Source: Eimeria praecox (Eukaryota). From it: a stretch of 64,000 nucleotides of DNA. Positions 13,451 to 27,158 of this stretch are shown here, one piece after another. The stretch's first letter is position 1; every line of letters begins with the position of its first letter. The stretch lies in NCBI GenBank assembly GCA_963920595.1, contig OY986947.1, positions 5,580,001-5,644,000 on the forward strand. Reading direction: 5' to 3'. The notes below the pieces were generated by a model. The model was not told the origin of the DNA. It did no database searches and saw only the letters and a program-made list of their open reading frames with translations. A program made the position numbers and the translations under genes.

Positions 13451-16447
13451 CATCCGCTGTACTCTGCACGCGAAAATGTCCGTATTGGAGACTGCAGGGC
13501 CTGAACTCAGAAGCACACAAAGAAGGGTAGGATCGACGAAAGAAGAGCTCGAACCTGCATCCCCCTTCCGCATCATCAATTGCATTTCCCGTTGCCTTCC
13601 ACCTTTGACTTTCATAACTTTGACAGCGACGGCATGATCAGCACCAGCATTCCCGGAGAGGCTGAATAACAACCACGGCATAACATAGCATCTAGCTGCA
13701 TGGACACAGCACCGGGGCACCAAGCCGAGCCAAACATGCCATTCAACATAAGCACAGCAGAGCAAATACTCATGTAAAGCGTGCACGTCTTTGGATATTG
13801 CATTGACGCCTAGACGTTTAGGGAAGTTCTGTTGGGGGGTCAGAGTCTGGAGGCCTCTTTCTCCACCAATTCGACACGTGCCAAAAGGCAGGCAAACTTG
13901 ATTAATTGAGGGGAGCTTGAGCAGCTGTTGACTAGAGCCCCTTGCATCCCCATCATTTTGCGACAGCTAAATGCCGAGCAATGCCTTTTGCTCGACCAAG
14001 CCAGTGCTCAAAGCGTCACGGCAGCAACACTCACTGACTTAACAGTACATAACAACGCAGTTGCGTTGAGCCGTGAACGACTTGCAGAGCACCCTTCAGC
14101 CTCAGCCGCTAGGAAACGCCCTAGCGCAAAACCTACCGGTGGCTTTTCCAGTGAAGAGCAAACAGAGTCACCCCCCTTCCCGCTGAAGTATGTTCCTCAA
14201 GCCTACGAAATGCCTGTAGTAATAATGTGACAATGGTAGTATTCATATTATCCCTACACCATTGTATATGCCCATGCACACACACAGGCTTTATGCAGTA
14301 TACAGAAGCAAAACGCGCAGGTTAGATCAACACAGCTTTTGTTTAATAATCGGCTCGAACGACTGCCCTGTAGCGCCAAATTGGAGAAGAAATTTGATTG
14401 GGGGGATCGTGATCCTTCGGGAGAATTTATCCCTGAAAGTTCGTCAGATCTGGAGAAGACAAACCCACGGAGAAGATATGGGATGCATGCAGGGGGCGCA
14501 AATTAGACCAAGCGCTCTTTTGGGGCATACGACAGCTTTTGCATGGAGAATGCGACTAGCGGTGATTAGCCAGTGCGTCAGTTCCATATGCTCAGACATG
14601 CGACAAGAGAATCAGCAGCAAATGTTAAGCAGCCAGGAACCGCCTGGTTACTGCACAGGCGCGCACTGCGCGAAACGATGCTCCTTGAACATGGCAGAGT
14701 TGCAGTGTCGTAGGGTGCTTGCTGCCAAGTCTTCTTTTCTCTCGGCCCTAGGCGCAAAACTCATAGAGTTCCAGAGATTAGGACGCGGGCCTATACATTT
14801 GTAGGGGTATTATGTTGACAAACCGTACTCCGCCTTCTAGTCTGCAGCTACAGTGGAGCCACATATTGTGGCATATTCACAATATTGTTGGCTTCAGCGA
14901 CGCTGAGACATTTTAAAGTCTTGAGAATGTGTTATTCACCCTAGCCCACCTCCCTACAATCGCTGGTATAAACGTTAGCTCTATGGGCTTCGCGCCCTTA
15001 CTAGCGTAATCGCAGCGAAGGATCGATACACATGCGTGCATTGCTTAAGGTTGGTCCCCTGCTAAGCTGCTCGTCAGACGCAGCGACCAATAAGTGTTTA
15101 ATGAATACATTTTACAGGCAATAAAGCTGTAGTGTAGAAGGCAAGCATTAATAGATACGCGTACTCCCACCGAGCCAGCCTTTGTACCAACAGTTGTTGG
15201 GATGTGAGCTAGAATGAATAGTTTACTCCACTCGGCATGCTCGTTATTTCAAGATCCCCAACGAAGTGGCAACTAACATGACAGGGATCCCCCCAAAATG
15301 ATACAACATCGTAAAACATGCGGTCTGCCCTCAGTCAGTATTGTACCAGCAGTGAAAGGTGACCGAGAGCGTGGGCAAACTTGGGGTAAAACAAAGTTAA
15401 AATGGGCATTCTAACTAAAAAAGAAGCAACAATTCGAAGCATTCTACATGCAGAAAGCTGGAAAAGTGCGGCACAATACTGTTACTTAGCATCTGTCTTC
15501 ACAAGACTACGGCTATGCAAAGTCCACACGTGAAAGGAAGGCCCCTCAAGCAACAAAGTAGCACACTGCTTTCCTCCCAACTCATTACTAAGCTCATTTA
15601 TTTTCTTTCTGAGAGATTTATGTGCTTACGCGCATCGCATCATTCTCTGTTCGGTGACCTCCATCACGTTGGATCCTTTATAAACCTGGGGGCCCCCCAG
15701 GGGCCCATGTGCACTCGTAGCACACGTATACGGCTTGAGCTTCATTATTGTTATTTTGCCGCTTCTGGCATCATTTCAAACTCCCATGGGGCATTATGCT
15801 GATACAAAGTTCCCTTGCTCCCTTTATATGTCGGGTTGCCCCACATGGAAGGTTCGTCCACACAAATTGTAGCGCACAATTCACAGACTCGAGCCCACTT
15901 GAGAAAAAAGCCTAAAAGATGTTCGTCTCCAGGAGCGCTGCTGCGATCTGCAGCGGCGCTCCTGGTTCTGTGCGTTCTCGGCTCACTTCCGCTGCAATAC
16001 CTCAGCGCCTGAGGCAACAGAGACAGCAGCAGCCCAATATGAGGTACACTTTAGAGGCGTCTGTTCTCCTCTCTCCGACTTGGTGGTCTTCACAGCTGTT
16101 TCTTGACAACTATTCCCCCCTGCCGGTTTCTGGGCCAACTTCGCTTTGTGGGTTTGTTCGCTCCTTGACATTTCACCCTCAAAGAAGGGTTGTTGGCCAC
16201 CGCCTCGTACGCCGCTCCACAGCGCTAAACCTTCATGCTTGCCTTCAGATCTCACAGCTGTTAAAGCCCTGCTCATGATCCACAACCGTTAGACGCCTGG
16301 CCCAGAAATTTAGTGATACATGTGCTATGCATACCAGTCTTTTCCGATGTATACCACAGGAACGCGTACTGGCCCCCATAAACGGGCCTATGACTTATGC
16401 TTGGAGCTCTGCCGTTGAAATGTGCCGTTTGTGCTTCTCAGGAAATC

Positions 16448-19400
16448 ATGGCAGGGAAACACAGGAAGCGCCGCTTGCTACCGCCCAAAGTCCCGCTCCA
16501 TCCTTCTGCCGCTGCTGCAGCAGTAGCAACAGAACGGGCAGCCCCTGGCGTCACGACTCCAGCTGCGCCCCAGCAAGACATGACTCTTTTCGAAGCGTAT
16601 AGAGACCTACAGCTAAGGTGGAAGCGAACGACGCGGTAAGGGCATGCAGAAGGCCACCCTGGGCATTCGTGAAGGCCTAAACTGTAGCTTTTATTTACGT
16701 TTTAAACTCCAGAATCTAGTTATACCACAACCTATAGGACTTTTGTTTGCCCTACGCCACAGTCGCTGGTTAAGGCTTAGGCCGAATTTTGACTCGATCC
16801 CTAAACCCCAGTCCTTGGCTTAGCCGTACAAACTAAGCCTTTATCAGGCCCTAAACCACCAGCCTTAGCCGACCTCTGGTGTCTCAGTTCTAGCTTAAGC
16901 GACAAATCTTAAATCGCATGTAAGCCAGACGCCCCTAGCGGAGCCCCGAAGCCCAGGGATTCGTTGCAGAACAGACCGGTTTGAGAGGAAGATTTGGGGA
17001 CGTTTTGCTACTGTCTGCCGTCGTGTCTTCGCAGACAATCGCGGAAAAAGTTTTGTATTGCGCGCAAGTGGCGGCAGCATTTGGCCTGTCAGCCTTACCC
17101 GGAGCCCTCGTGGCTGCTCTTCCTTCACCCGCAGATGGGTCCCGCTGCAGAGCGCGCTGAGGCCCATGGGGGGCCCTCAAAACACCTCAGAGTCGGCAGG
17201 CGAAGGGCCAATACGCCGCAGCAGCAGTCTCGCGACAGCAGCACACATGAGCTGCAGCAGAAAACGGAGCATCCATCTGCCCCACGCCACCAGCCGCAAT
17301 ACAGGCAGCAAGAGCAGCCGAAACACCCTCAGGAGAAGCAAAACCAATGCCAGCAGCACGACCCACAGCAAATGCAGCAACAGGCGGCAACCGCAGTGGA
17401 CTGTGTGGGTGCATTCCGAAGGATTCAAGGCACGTACAAAGATAGGCCTCCGTTCCGCCTTTCCTACAACCCGGAGGAAATCTTTTGCGTCTTCAAAAGC
17501 AGTGTCTCAGCGCAGCACAAGGCAAGATAGTGCCCGCAGAAGCAGCGGCATCAGCAGCTGTAGTGGTAGCGGCACGACGTGCGCTAGGGCACAGGGTGCA
17601 TAGGAATGTTAACAAGCAGACAAAGTTAAGGCTGGGGAAAACTGTGGAGGTGGTGATGGCCTGCAGGTGACAGTGGGGGACCTTGTCCAGACCGAGAAGC
17701 TGCACAGGAAGCAGGCGGGTAAGGGGCTTCATTAATTGTTGCGCAGGCTTTGAGCTGCTCTTAAGCTTGTACGGGTTATGTTCGTGTGCATGTGGAGAAA
17801 TTGCTGAAGCGTGCAAACGTTCTGAGGCGCATGCATCTCCATACGCCTCAGTGCATGCGCACATACGCACATATGCACATAATAAGCTCATATTTGCACA
17901 AGTGCATGCCTACATACACAACTCCATACATACATAGGTGCATGCTTAGAGTGGTAAATTCATGCATATGCACTATACAACAGTGCTTCTGCACGTACAC
18001 ATACACATCTTTATGTACGCATGAAAGCCCGAGTCCGTTGAAATGGTGTGCGGCTTAGGCGATAAAGTTGTGTTTGGAACGGTCCTGCTCGCCGGCACTC
18101 GCGAATGGACTTTACTTGGCAAGCCGACGTGCGCATGCGTGCACCCATCCACGCACGCATGCAGCCGCATAGTACCACTCAACGCAGCCGCTAGATTTAG
18201 TTCACGGGGAAGTCGCGTGAGAGAAGCATGAGCAGCTAAAACTTTGTTTGAGTAGGGATGTCTAGTGAGGTTTAGGGCTTGAAGGCTCAGTGACTGGGGC
18301 GTTTGGAATGCTTCAGGATTCCGTTTGCCCGCGTCAAAGGCATCATTGAACAACAGGTCAGTCGCCGTTAGCCTGCTGAACGGCCGCGAGGCAGAGCCCA
18401 GCTGAATTGGATGAGGACCTAGGCACATAATGGAGTATGTGGAGCAAGAAGTAAGCAGGTAGACGCAATATTAATTATTCTTGCACGTGCTTGTTAAAAG
18501 CCAGGCCAAGGTTATGCTGCTCTCTGGTGTCTTCTTCAGACTTTGGCAGGGGAGAAGCTGAGCTTCCGCTACAAGAAGACGCGGCGCTCTTCTCGCTTTC
18601 TCAGGCAAGCAGAGGCCTTTGGGCATAAGATTAAATTTAGAACATATAATATAGGATAAGCGATGTGCATGGAGGGCAAGCACCACAGAGGGGCCATTCA
18701 GGGCACAGGGGAAACAATCCATTAGTGCACGCATAGAATTGTATGCGCTCATTGATTGTAATGTGACTCGTATGTAAGCCCCAAATTTCACTACTACAAA
18801 GAACTATTGGCATAACTACCTTCGCTTGACAGGCCCCCAGCATTCTCTCCCTTGGAGTCAAGGCATTCAGCCTCACGGCTAAAATGACAAAAGGAAGGAA
18901 ATACGCAGAAGAGCATGAATATATAAGAAGCACCCTTATAAAACGCATATGCTTATCTTCATTTCAGTTCCGCCGTTACTTTGTTCCATCGGCAGCCTTT
19001 TTTTGATTTTGCAGAATCCGTCACTGGGTGACTTTGATTCGAATCGAGGAAATTGAAGTCGACGTCCAGATGAAGGTCTTTCTGGTCTTGCCCCTGCTCC
19101 CAGCACCTCCATCTTCTTGCCATGCATATATGAATATTTGTTTACATGCGTGAATGCGTACTTACCTGCACGCATGCACGTGTGCATGCGTGGGACGTGA
19201 ACCCGTGCTCCACTTAGCCCAAACTCAGTAATAGAGCTGCCAATTAGTTTGGGGCTTAGTTCTCTGTATTTGCGCGCTTGCTTCAGGAAGACCCCCCACT
19301 CGAACCGCCCAAGCGTTTGTTGGACCTCTGGGCCAACCGGTGGCTCTACCCTGAGGAACTGGAAGGTAACAAGGGCCAGCCTGAGCGAACGCACCCTGCC

Positions 19401-19988
19401 ACTGCAGCAGCAACACCAGCACCAGCAACACCAGCAGTAGCAACGCTACATAGCGGCTGAAACAATGTTGGCGATGGGCATCCATTCGATAAGCCCGTAA
19501 TTGGCGAGTGCCACAAGTGTTGTAGCAGCAAACAAAACAAGATGGAGATGCCGCATACCTCTTCGCAGCTGTTGCGTGGCGCTGCAGGCATTAAGACCAA
19601 CGCTGAAGGGAAGCCTTTAGTAGAAGGTGAGGATTTGCTAAGGTAGTGGTAGTATGGTGTGTTGGTGTACCAGGCACGGCACTGAAGTAGCGGGAGAAGT
19701 GGCCGCAGCAGCATAAACACCCAGGGCCTCAAGAATGGATTGATGCGCATTTGCCTGAGTTTGTTCAGCTGTCTACGACGGGGCTGAGCACCAGCAGGGC
19801 ACATACCACCGCAGGGGATTGACAGCGTGCTACAGGTTTGCCCCTCTTTCCTGCTGTTGCAGTTGTTCTTGCTACCGCTAGCGCTGCAACGGGAGTTAAG
19901 AACATGCTTTTGTTTGACGCATGGAATGTGCGTTTGTATGCTAAACAGGTGGCTACCTGACCCCAAGGCAACGCACTGGAAACGATGA
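16448..19988 (+). CDS. MRPL21: Mitochondrial ribosomal protein bL21m (multi-exon; a further 5' presequence exon may start at 15919)
   Basis: Spliced L21 domain: [104 protein letters not shown]. Internal exons 17667-17718, 18059-18128, 18317-18356, 18540-18604 and 19015-19075; C-terminal extension ends [12 protein letters not shown]. Confidence 0.85.
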
Positions 19989-20231
19989 GCCTTGCGTGTT
20001 GGGTTCTTCCAAGGAATTTGCCTGACTGGGAAGTTGGCACTTGTGTTATAGTAAGATTACAGCAGTGAGTCCAAGCCACCAACGGTTAAGGATAGCGCCT
20101 AGGGGGGTACTGTGCCAACGTTCAACGACAGCAGACCGGCCTTGGTCTAGTGAACCACCCAACAAGCGGCGAGCATATGCAGCTGTGCTTCGCCGCCTGA
20201 TCCTGCATGCCGTCGCTGCGCTTCTGCCAAA

Positions 20232-22058
20232 TCAAACGTCGAAGCCGATCAGCGGCTGCAGCATCTCCATGGCGGCCGCGAAGGCTCCAAAACCCAGACT
20301 GCCAATAGCCATTGCTCGAGGCCCACCTGCAGGGCGCATGCCGCAGCAATGGGGTAGAGAGCTGTTGTGAACTTTACCTCTTTGTTCATCAACGAAACAA
20401 TAATAGCGAATTCTCTAAGTGCAGCCTGCTTTCAGCTAGGGAGTTTAAGACCCGAAGACGAATCGTCGGTGTCCGCAGCACTAGGGCTTTTAAGGTCGTT
20501 TAGAGCATGCATACGAGCTTTGGATGCTAATGAGGGTACACTTTAACTATTCGAGCTGAACGTGGTCAGGTGAAATAAAATACTTACCTCTGACTGCCAA
20601 CGCGGCGCCCGTCAGGCAGCCGCCATAAATGGCCCCGCGCAAGTCGTGGGTTGCTCGTGCCTGAGTGAGACGCGAAACGGCGCAGAGACTTCCCCTTGCC
20701 GTGACTTCACTGCCATGGCCACGTGGCACGGTAAAGAAGCAAAAAGCAGGAAGTAGGCAAAAAGTGGGGAAGAAGGAACAAGGAAATTAGCCGGGCAGTG
20801 CTACGAAGGAAAACCTGCTCATGGGACGACTTGGGGCTAATCTGTTCCTGCTCATGCTAGTCGGAGATGTCCGTACGCCTCACCTTGTCAACTATGCACT
20901 CAGCTAGGGAATAGAGACCTCCGATCTTTGCGAAGTTCTTGGCTGTCGCGGTGACTTCGGGAATAAAGGATTTATATTGCTGCCTTAGCTGCGCCCGCAA
21001 CCCCAAAGAGTTGTCCACGTCTACAGGCTTCATGGTGAAGAAAAAGGCACCAAGAACAATACCTGCCGCACTCAGCACAATACGACGCATTATAAATGCC
21101 CAAAGTATCAATACCACCCGACACATCTCACAACCCAGCAACGCCATACAACACGGCACACTACCGTTTAACAGATGGCTACGCAGCACACTGACGCCCA
21201 CACACACAGAGCAGTCCAGCGTAGCAAAACAGAATACAGAACAACGCCACACACACTATAACATATCAAGCCAGAGCCAGAGGCACAACGGCGCAAGACG
21301 ACCCTAGATAGCTAAACATCGGGGGGACCTGCAGCTGTAGAGGTTGTATAGTGGCGGTGGCTGTTGCTACACTGGGGGAAAGAGCTCAGGAACTGCATAA
21401 GAGGCGCAGCAGCAGAAAAACGGATACGGTCAAAGTTCAACCGGCTCCGCATACTGCCACTCCAAAGCCCATGATTGCACACACTGCAAAAGAAAAGGAG
21501 TGGATGCTTTACAAGTCTTGGAGCCGGGCTTTAAGGGTTGTACGTCTTAGCTGCTATGCGCGTTAAACTACTGGCCTCAGAAATCTGAGGTCAACCAACC
21601 CTTAAGGCCAGGTATTCGGGACACCAAATGCTGGGCTGTTGACGCTCTAGACCCCGGCGCTTGACGCCCGTAGATCCGTGGACATACAGCTGGAGAGGCC
21701 TACCCAGGAGGCCGCCACCAACACTTGTGGCCGCAGCTCTGAGAAGACATCCGTCGTTGAGAAACCTTTCAACGGCTCTTTGGGCTCTGAGCTGCTGCAG
21801 AGCCTCTGCTTGTCTTTGCGCGTCTTCTTCTCCCTTCACTTCAAACAAAGACAAGTTGCGGTACTGAGGGGCCAGGAACACAGACATGGGGTGGCAGTGC
21901 ACGGCGGGTGGCACGAGCTGCTCGTAGCCGCCTACATCTTGAAAATGGGCATTTCGAGTGGTCCCCTGCACATGGAGGGCCCCTCCCGATGTTTCAGGCA
22001 TTGAACGGGTAGTCGCTGCCGTATAGAAGCCCGGTTGTTGCTGCGAACTACAATGCAT
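20232..22058 (-). CDS. TIM22: Mitochondrial inner-membrane translocase Tim17/22/23 family, TIM22-like (4 exons; start 22058 or 22001)
   Basis: FLNDGCLLRAAATSVGGGLL|GIVLGAFFFTM..TAKNFAKIGGLYSLAECIVDK|ARATHDLRGAIYGGCLTGAALAVR|GGPRAMAIGSLGFGAFAAAME; GT-AG introns with consistent phases. Confidence 0.88.
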
Positions 22059-22618
22059 TCAATAAAGGTCTGGTAGTAAAGGGAAACTAGGTCAGGTGTG
22101 TGAGAAGCTTTGCTGCGGAGGTCCCCAAGCAAGTACAGCCCCACGAAGGAGATTAAGCAGCTGTTGTACTAGGGACGAAACAGTCAGAGGCTCACAGATC
22201 CATCACAAAAAATACTCTAATTTCTGCTGTCTTCGCAGCCTCATGATGTGGGCTCTCACGTCTAGATCATCGAAGAGTATCCCGCGGGGCCCCCTACGGC
22301 CCACATAGGCCGTAGGGGGGGGGGGCCCAACCATCGCTTGGACGGTTGGGCCCGTTGACCGCATGAGTATGCATTCTTTAGATGCTCTTCTCCCTGTCTT
22401 GGTTACTTTGAATGTATTTTGTATGTATTTGTAATAAGGCGGCTTTGGTGGCGGCGGAGGGGCCGCGGAGAAAACATTGTCGCTTGCAGCTTCGTGCGGT
22501 GCGGCAGCAACTCCTAAAACAGCAGCACAGGCTGTACATTAGCACGCAAAAGCAGAGGACGCTGTAAGAAAGGACATATGGCAATGGGGACGTCGTAGGC
22601 GCTACTGTAAGTGACTAG

Positions 22619-25600
22619 ATGGGGGTGTTGGTTATGGCTGAGGACGCACCCACAGCAGCAGCAGCAGCAGCAGTAGCAGGCGCTGCTGATGCTGATGCTG
22701 CAGAGGGCCCTTCTCCCAGCTGGTGGCAGCAGCGGCAGTTGTCAATCTTAGCATCTACAGAGAATTCAGGGGTGGTTCTGCTGCTGGGGGGGGCCGAAGG
22801 CTCGTCAGCATTGCGCTGCTCCGTACTTTTGCCACCTCTACTGCTCCAGCACGGATGGGCCCCACAGCCGACTCACAGCCCCTGGAAACAGCAGCACATC
22901 CTAGTGGCTCTGGAGACGAGCCCCTCAGCAGATTCTGCTGCTGCTGCGGCGAAAGCGTGGGGGGGTGGTTGCTATGCCTCTTATATCACAACACACAGAA
23001 GCATCCTCAGCAGCAGCAGCAGCAGTAGCAAGGGCTGCAGCTCCTCGCCTCGTGTAGTGTACCTTACAACCCGGCAGCTGCTGCAACGGCTTCTTCATCA
23101 GCCGCTGCTACCTGGTTGCTGCATTGTAGCAGTTGAGGTGTCGTTACAACACAGCTTTAGCACCGAGCTGCTTCTCCCACTATTGCACAAAGTACACCAG
23201 AAAAGACCTTCGCTGCGGTTACTGCTTCTTTTGCCTCCTGCGGCGATACAGCCACACTGGGCCCTTCAGCTCGCCGAGTTTTTCGCCGCCGGGGAAGATC
23301 CAACTGCGCAGGGAGCTGCAGTGATGCCACAAGGTGCACTGGAGGCCCTTCAGGATGTAGCACTGCAGAAGCAGAAACTGAAACTACGCTTCCTCACCCC
23401 CAGAGGAGGCCGTTGGGATGTGAGGCATCACCAGCAGAAGCGCAGACCACAGCAGCAAGTAAAGGAGCAGCGCACCCTCCCGGGCCCCGACGTCAGGGCA
23501 ACAGCAACAGCAACAAAGCTGCCGCTCCATGCGATAGACAACGTCGAACTGTTAGAAATAAGCAGCAGCAGCAGCAGAAGGAGCAGCAGAAGCAGCGCCT
23601 CGTGCATCTCCGACGACGAAGTAACGGTTTTGGGCATCACTGTGGCTGAAGGCCTAGGCCTTCATGGGCGGCTCTCCAAGCGCAAAAGACCGAAAAGGAA
23701 GTACAAGAAGAAGCTACAGCAGCGCCTCAAGAAAGTACAACGGAAACTTGAGAGAATTGACAGCACCAGCAGAAACGCCAACAGCCACAGCCTGCAGGCA
23801 GAAGAAGCGACTGGCATTCAGACGGATACGCTGGCTGCCCCAAGGCAACCAACCCAATTCGTTAATGAGGCCTCGCATGCAGGATACCGGGAAGGGAGTA
23901 GTGGGGAAGAGGCTTCCCCAGTGAGACGTGCAAAGCCTTCACCTGACTTGGTAGCGGGAGAATACGGAGTCGCGAAGATGCCAGTCTCTCCACAACCTTT
24001 CAAGCTTTGTACAAGTACCAATCACAACACATCTGAGGGGGCTTCAACGGACCCTAGGGGTCAGGGCCCCCATGAAGCCTCCCCTGTCGCTAGTGGACCC
24101 CTTTCATCTGTCTCCGTCCTTTCTCTCACCCCCCCAACTCAGCCTGTCGCTGTCCGCTACCTCAAAAGCCCCACCCCCAACTTCATCCGCACAGCTGCAG
24201 CTATCGGTGAGCCCCTGTAACCGCCGCTGCTGCCACCGACAATTGAGCTCCTGGTGGTTCTGTGGCTCTCCTTCGTTTTACCCTGCTGCAGATCCCTTGC
24301 TGTGGCTGCTGATGTGGACGAGCATCTACTTCTGCTCTTCATTCGGGCTGCTTGACGCATCTGGCTGCTAATATTGTCGTCTGGCTTGTGCTGCAGTGTC
24401 GCGGCTAGTCGCTTCTGCTGCAGAGGCCCCGGCCGACTCCTCTTTCAGCTCCATTTTTGTGTTTGTGCCATCGCTGGAAGAAGCCACAGCGTTGACAGAG
24501 GTGCTGCAGCAGCATCTGCAGCAGCTATTGAAGCATCCGCAGCAACAGCAACCGCAGGAGTGCCCACCTAGCCCAGTGGAGATTGTGTGTCTCTCCCCAG
24601 GTACGTGCGCGATCTGCTTGCAGAGGCGCCACTTTCCTGTTTCCGCTCTGCGCCTTCGGGGAACTTTAGACAGTTCCCTTTACCTCTATGCTTACTTGTG
24701 TATCGCCGGGCCATCGGTACCTCTAGAGGCATTCTGCCGCTTGTTTCTCGGCTGTTAGGGCACTGAGACACACGTGTAATACGTGAATATTAGGTTTAGG
24801 TCCATAATTCGAGCAAAGGCGCCTTCCTGTGGTTTGGGCCGGTGCAGATTTGAGCCCCTCGCTGCCTCCCCCGTCTTCGACGATGCGCATTTTCATCTCT
24901 TTTGCTGTCTTCCCTCCTTGCGTTCCGCCTCACGCTCTATCTGTTAAGTTTGTCGTGGACTGTCTGTATACCAGAAGAACCGTGTTCGACACCTTTTTGC
25001 GGCTGAACCGGATCTGCAATGTTCCCATCAGTGGGGCCCTGGCTGATCTGCGGGCCTCCTTAGCGGGCAGAGCTACAGAGGGGGGCTGCTGCTTCAGGCT
25101 TTGTACAGCTGATGCCTTTGCTGCTGCCTGTAGCCGTGGAGCTGCTGCTTTGACTGAGCGTTCCACCACTGCCCACGGTAACGCATATGAAGAGTTCCCT
25201 TCTTCTAGCTTGGAAGATATTGCGCCGCTTCTGTTGCGGCTCAAGGCGTTGGGCATGCATTCACTGCAGCGGCTGCCGCTGCTGCAGCCCCCACCTGCTT
25301 CTTCTGTCGCTGCCGCAGCTGAACACTTACTGGAGCTGCAGGCTGTGGACGAGAATGGGCGCATAACCAAGCCGCTGGGGTGGATGATGGCTCAGGGGAT
25401 ACTTTCCCCGGAATTGACCCGCCTGCTTCTCATTGCTACAGATAAGGTGGGGGGAAGTTCCACAGGGTTCTTTCGGAATAGTACCAGCAGCAGGGGCATC
25501 AGCAGAAGCGGCGGCAGAAGCAGCAACAGCAGTAACACCGAATGCGGAGCCAGCCCATGACGCCCAGGGCTTCTGTTAGATTGCACAAAGTATCTTTCTT

Positions 25601-27158
25601 TGGCATCGTGGCGGCAGCTCGGGTTGCAACATATCCGCTCGCTTCGTTGGAAAGCAGTAGCGGTGAGCTTTATGTGCTGCTTTCGTGCTGTCAGGCATTT
25701 GGCTGCTCGATCGAGGCTGCAGCTCTCTGTGCTCTCCTCAGCGGGCCACCCGTGTGGCAGCGGGCTGCACTGGAGAGCTGCGGCTTTTCAGCCAAGGACG
25801 CCAAGAGAGAAGGAAGCTGTCTGCGTGCCTCTGCAGCACGACAGCGGCTGGCTTTGTCTAGGGCTGTGTTAGGGGCCATAGAGGGAGACCCGCTAACGGC
25901 TTTGAATGTCTTCAACAGCTACGTAGACGTAAAAAGGACAGAAGGGTCTGAAGCAGCTTCCAGGTGGGCCGAAAGACACCAGGTTGATGAGTCCGTTATG
26001 GCCAGAGCTGCAAATAAGCACAAAGCGGTGCTCCAATGGCTGCAACGCTGCCAACTGCCCTGCGTGAGTCTTCCTTGCTATTTCGGATAGGAACTTTAGC
26101 TTGCCTATTGGAAGCTATGCACCATTCGTATTTTATGGTGTGTGATTTAAGCTTGGGGCTTAGCTCTTAAAGCAAAGGTGGCCCATTACGCTCTGGCGGT
26201 TTTGTATGTTCCAGCAGAGGATAGACCGATGTTTATGGGGTCTCATCACGTGGGCGTGCGCATATATCTGGTTTGCATGCGTTCTAACTCATGCACGGCT
26301 TATTTTCTGTGAATGCCTTGCAGCTGAGTTGTGAGGGCGATTATAAACCTCTCCTCCGGGCGCTAGCGGCCGCCTTTTGCCTCAACGTGGCGCAGCGGAC
26401 GCACATGCATACATACAGGCTTTACAGACTGTGAGGGTCTGCGTACATCTCAGATGTGCCGTTCTCTCCTTCTTCTGCCCCGCTGCTGTCCTCAAATACG
26501 TAGAACACCTGCGCAATTCCGAAACTAGGGAGGCTTGGCACTGCTTAGTTTCATTGCTTGCAAGTGCCTTAGGTTCTGGGGAGTGTGCATGTAGATTTGC
26601 GGGTCCAAGATTCAGGCTTTTGTGTATTATGCTTTTCAGCCCTGCTTCGGCAACTGCACCCCCGTTTGTAATTCATCCATCTTCTGTCCTGGCTAACTGC
26701 CGGCCATCATTCGTGGTGTATGGACAGGTAAGCCGCTCCGTTTTGTGCAAAAGTGAGGCCAAACTCCTTCAATGCAGAGCTCATTAATCCCAAATCCTTA
26801 AGGTTTCTCTGCACAGTTCACGTTTCCTGTTTGCCACTGCGCTTCTCAGGCCTTCATGCGAGATGGCTGCGTCTACATGCAGCAAGTGACAGCGATCGAA
26901 TCACAGTGCGCTTTGCAGCTCCCTAGAACCACCCCACATGTTTTTGTGACACGGACAACACGCATGCCAAGTTCCTACTTTGAACAGCTGTGGGTGTGCA
27001 TCTCGCGGCAGGACCTGCGGGTGCACGCCCCCGCCCCCCCCCCCCCCAACCGCCCAAACGTTTCTTGCTTGTGCATTTCTTATAGCCAAGCCATATCTGG
27101 TGCATGTTTCAGGTGGGTGCCCGAAGTTGCTGGGCATTTCTACGCTGTAAGGGCGTGA
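22619..27158 (+). CDS. DHX35-like DEAH-box helicase-fold protein with degenerate catalytic motifs (multi-exon)
   Basis: The DEAH architecture is retained: STELLLPLLHKVHQKRPSLRLLL, YLKSPTPNFI, SIFVFVPSLEEA, KFVVDC, GCCFRLCT, LLRLKALG, HA2 LLELQAVDENGRITKPLGWMM, EGDPLTALNVFN, OB-fold IHPSSVL..PSFVVY, YMQQVTAIE, WVPEVAGHFY. Walker A, DEAH, SAT and QRAGRAGR are not recognisable. Confidence 0.85.

Noticed and set aside
16790..16865. Degenerate CCCTAAA telomere-like heptamers (also ~7315-7347)
   Set aside because: Intronic, short and typical of eimeriid genomes; not a telomere.
17973..19966. Minus-strand ORFs of 100-206 aa
   Set aside because: Antisense shadows of the bL21m exons and introns.
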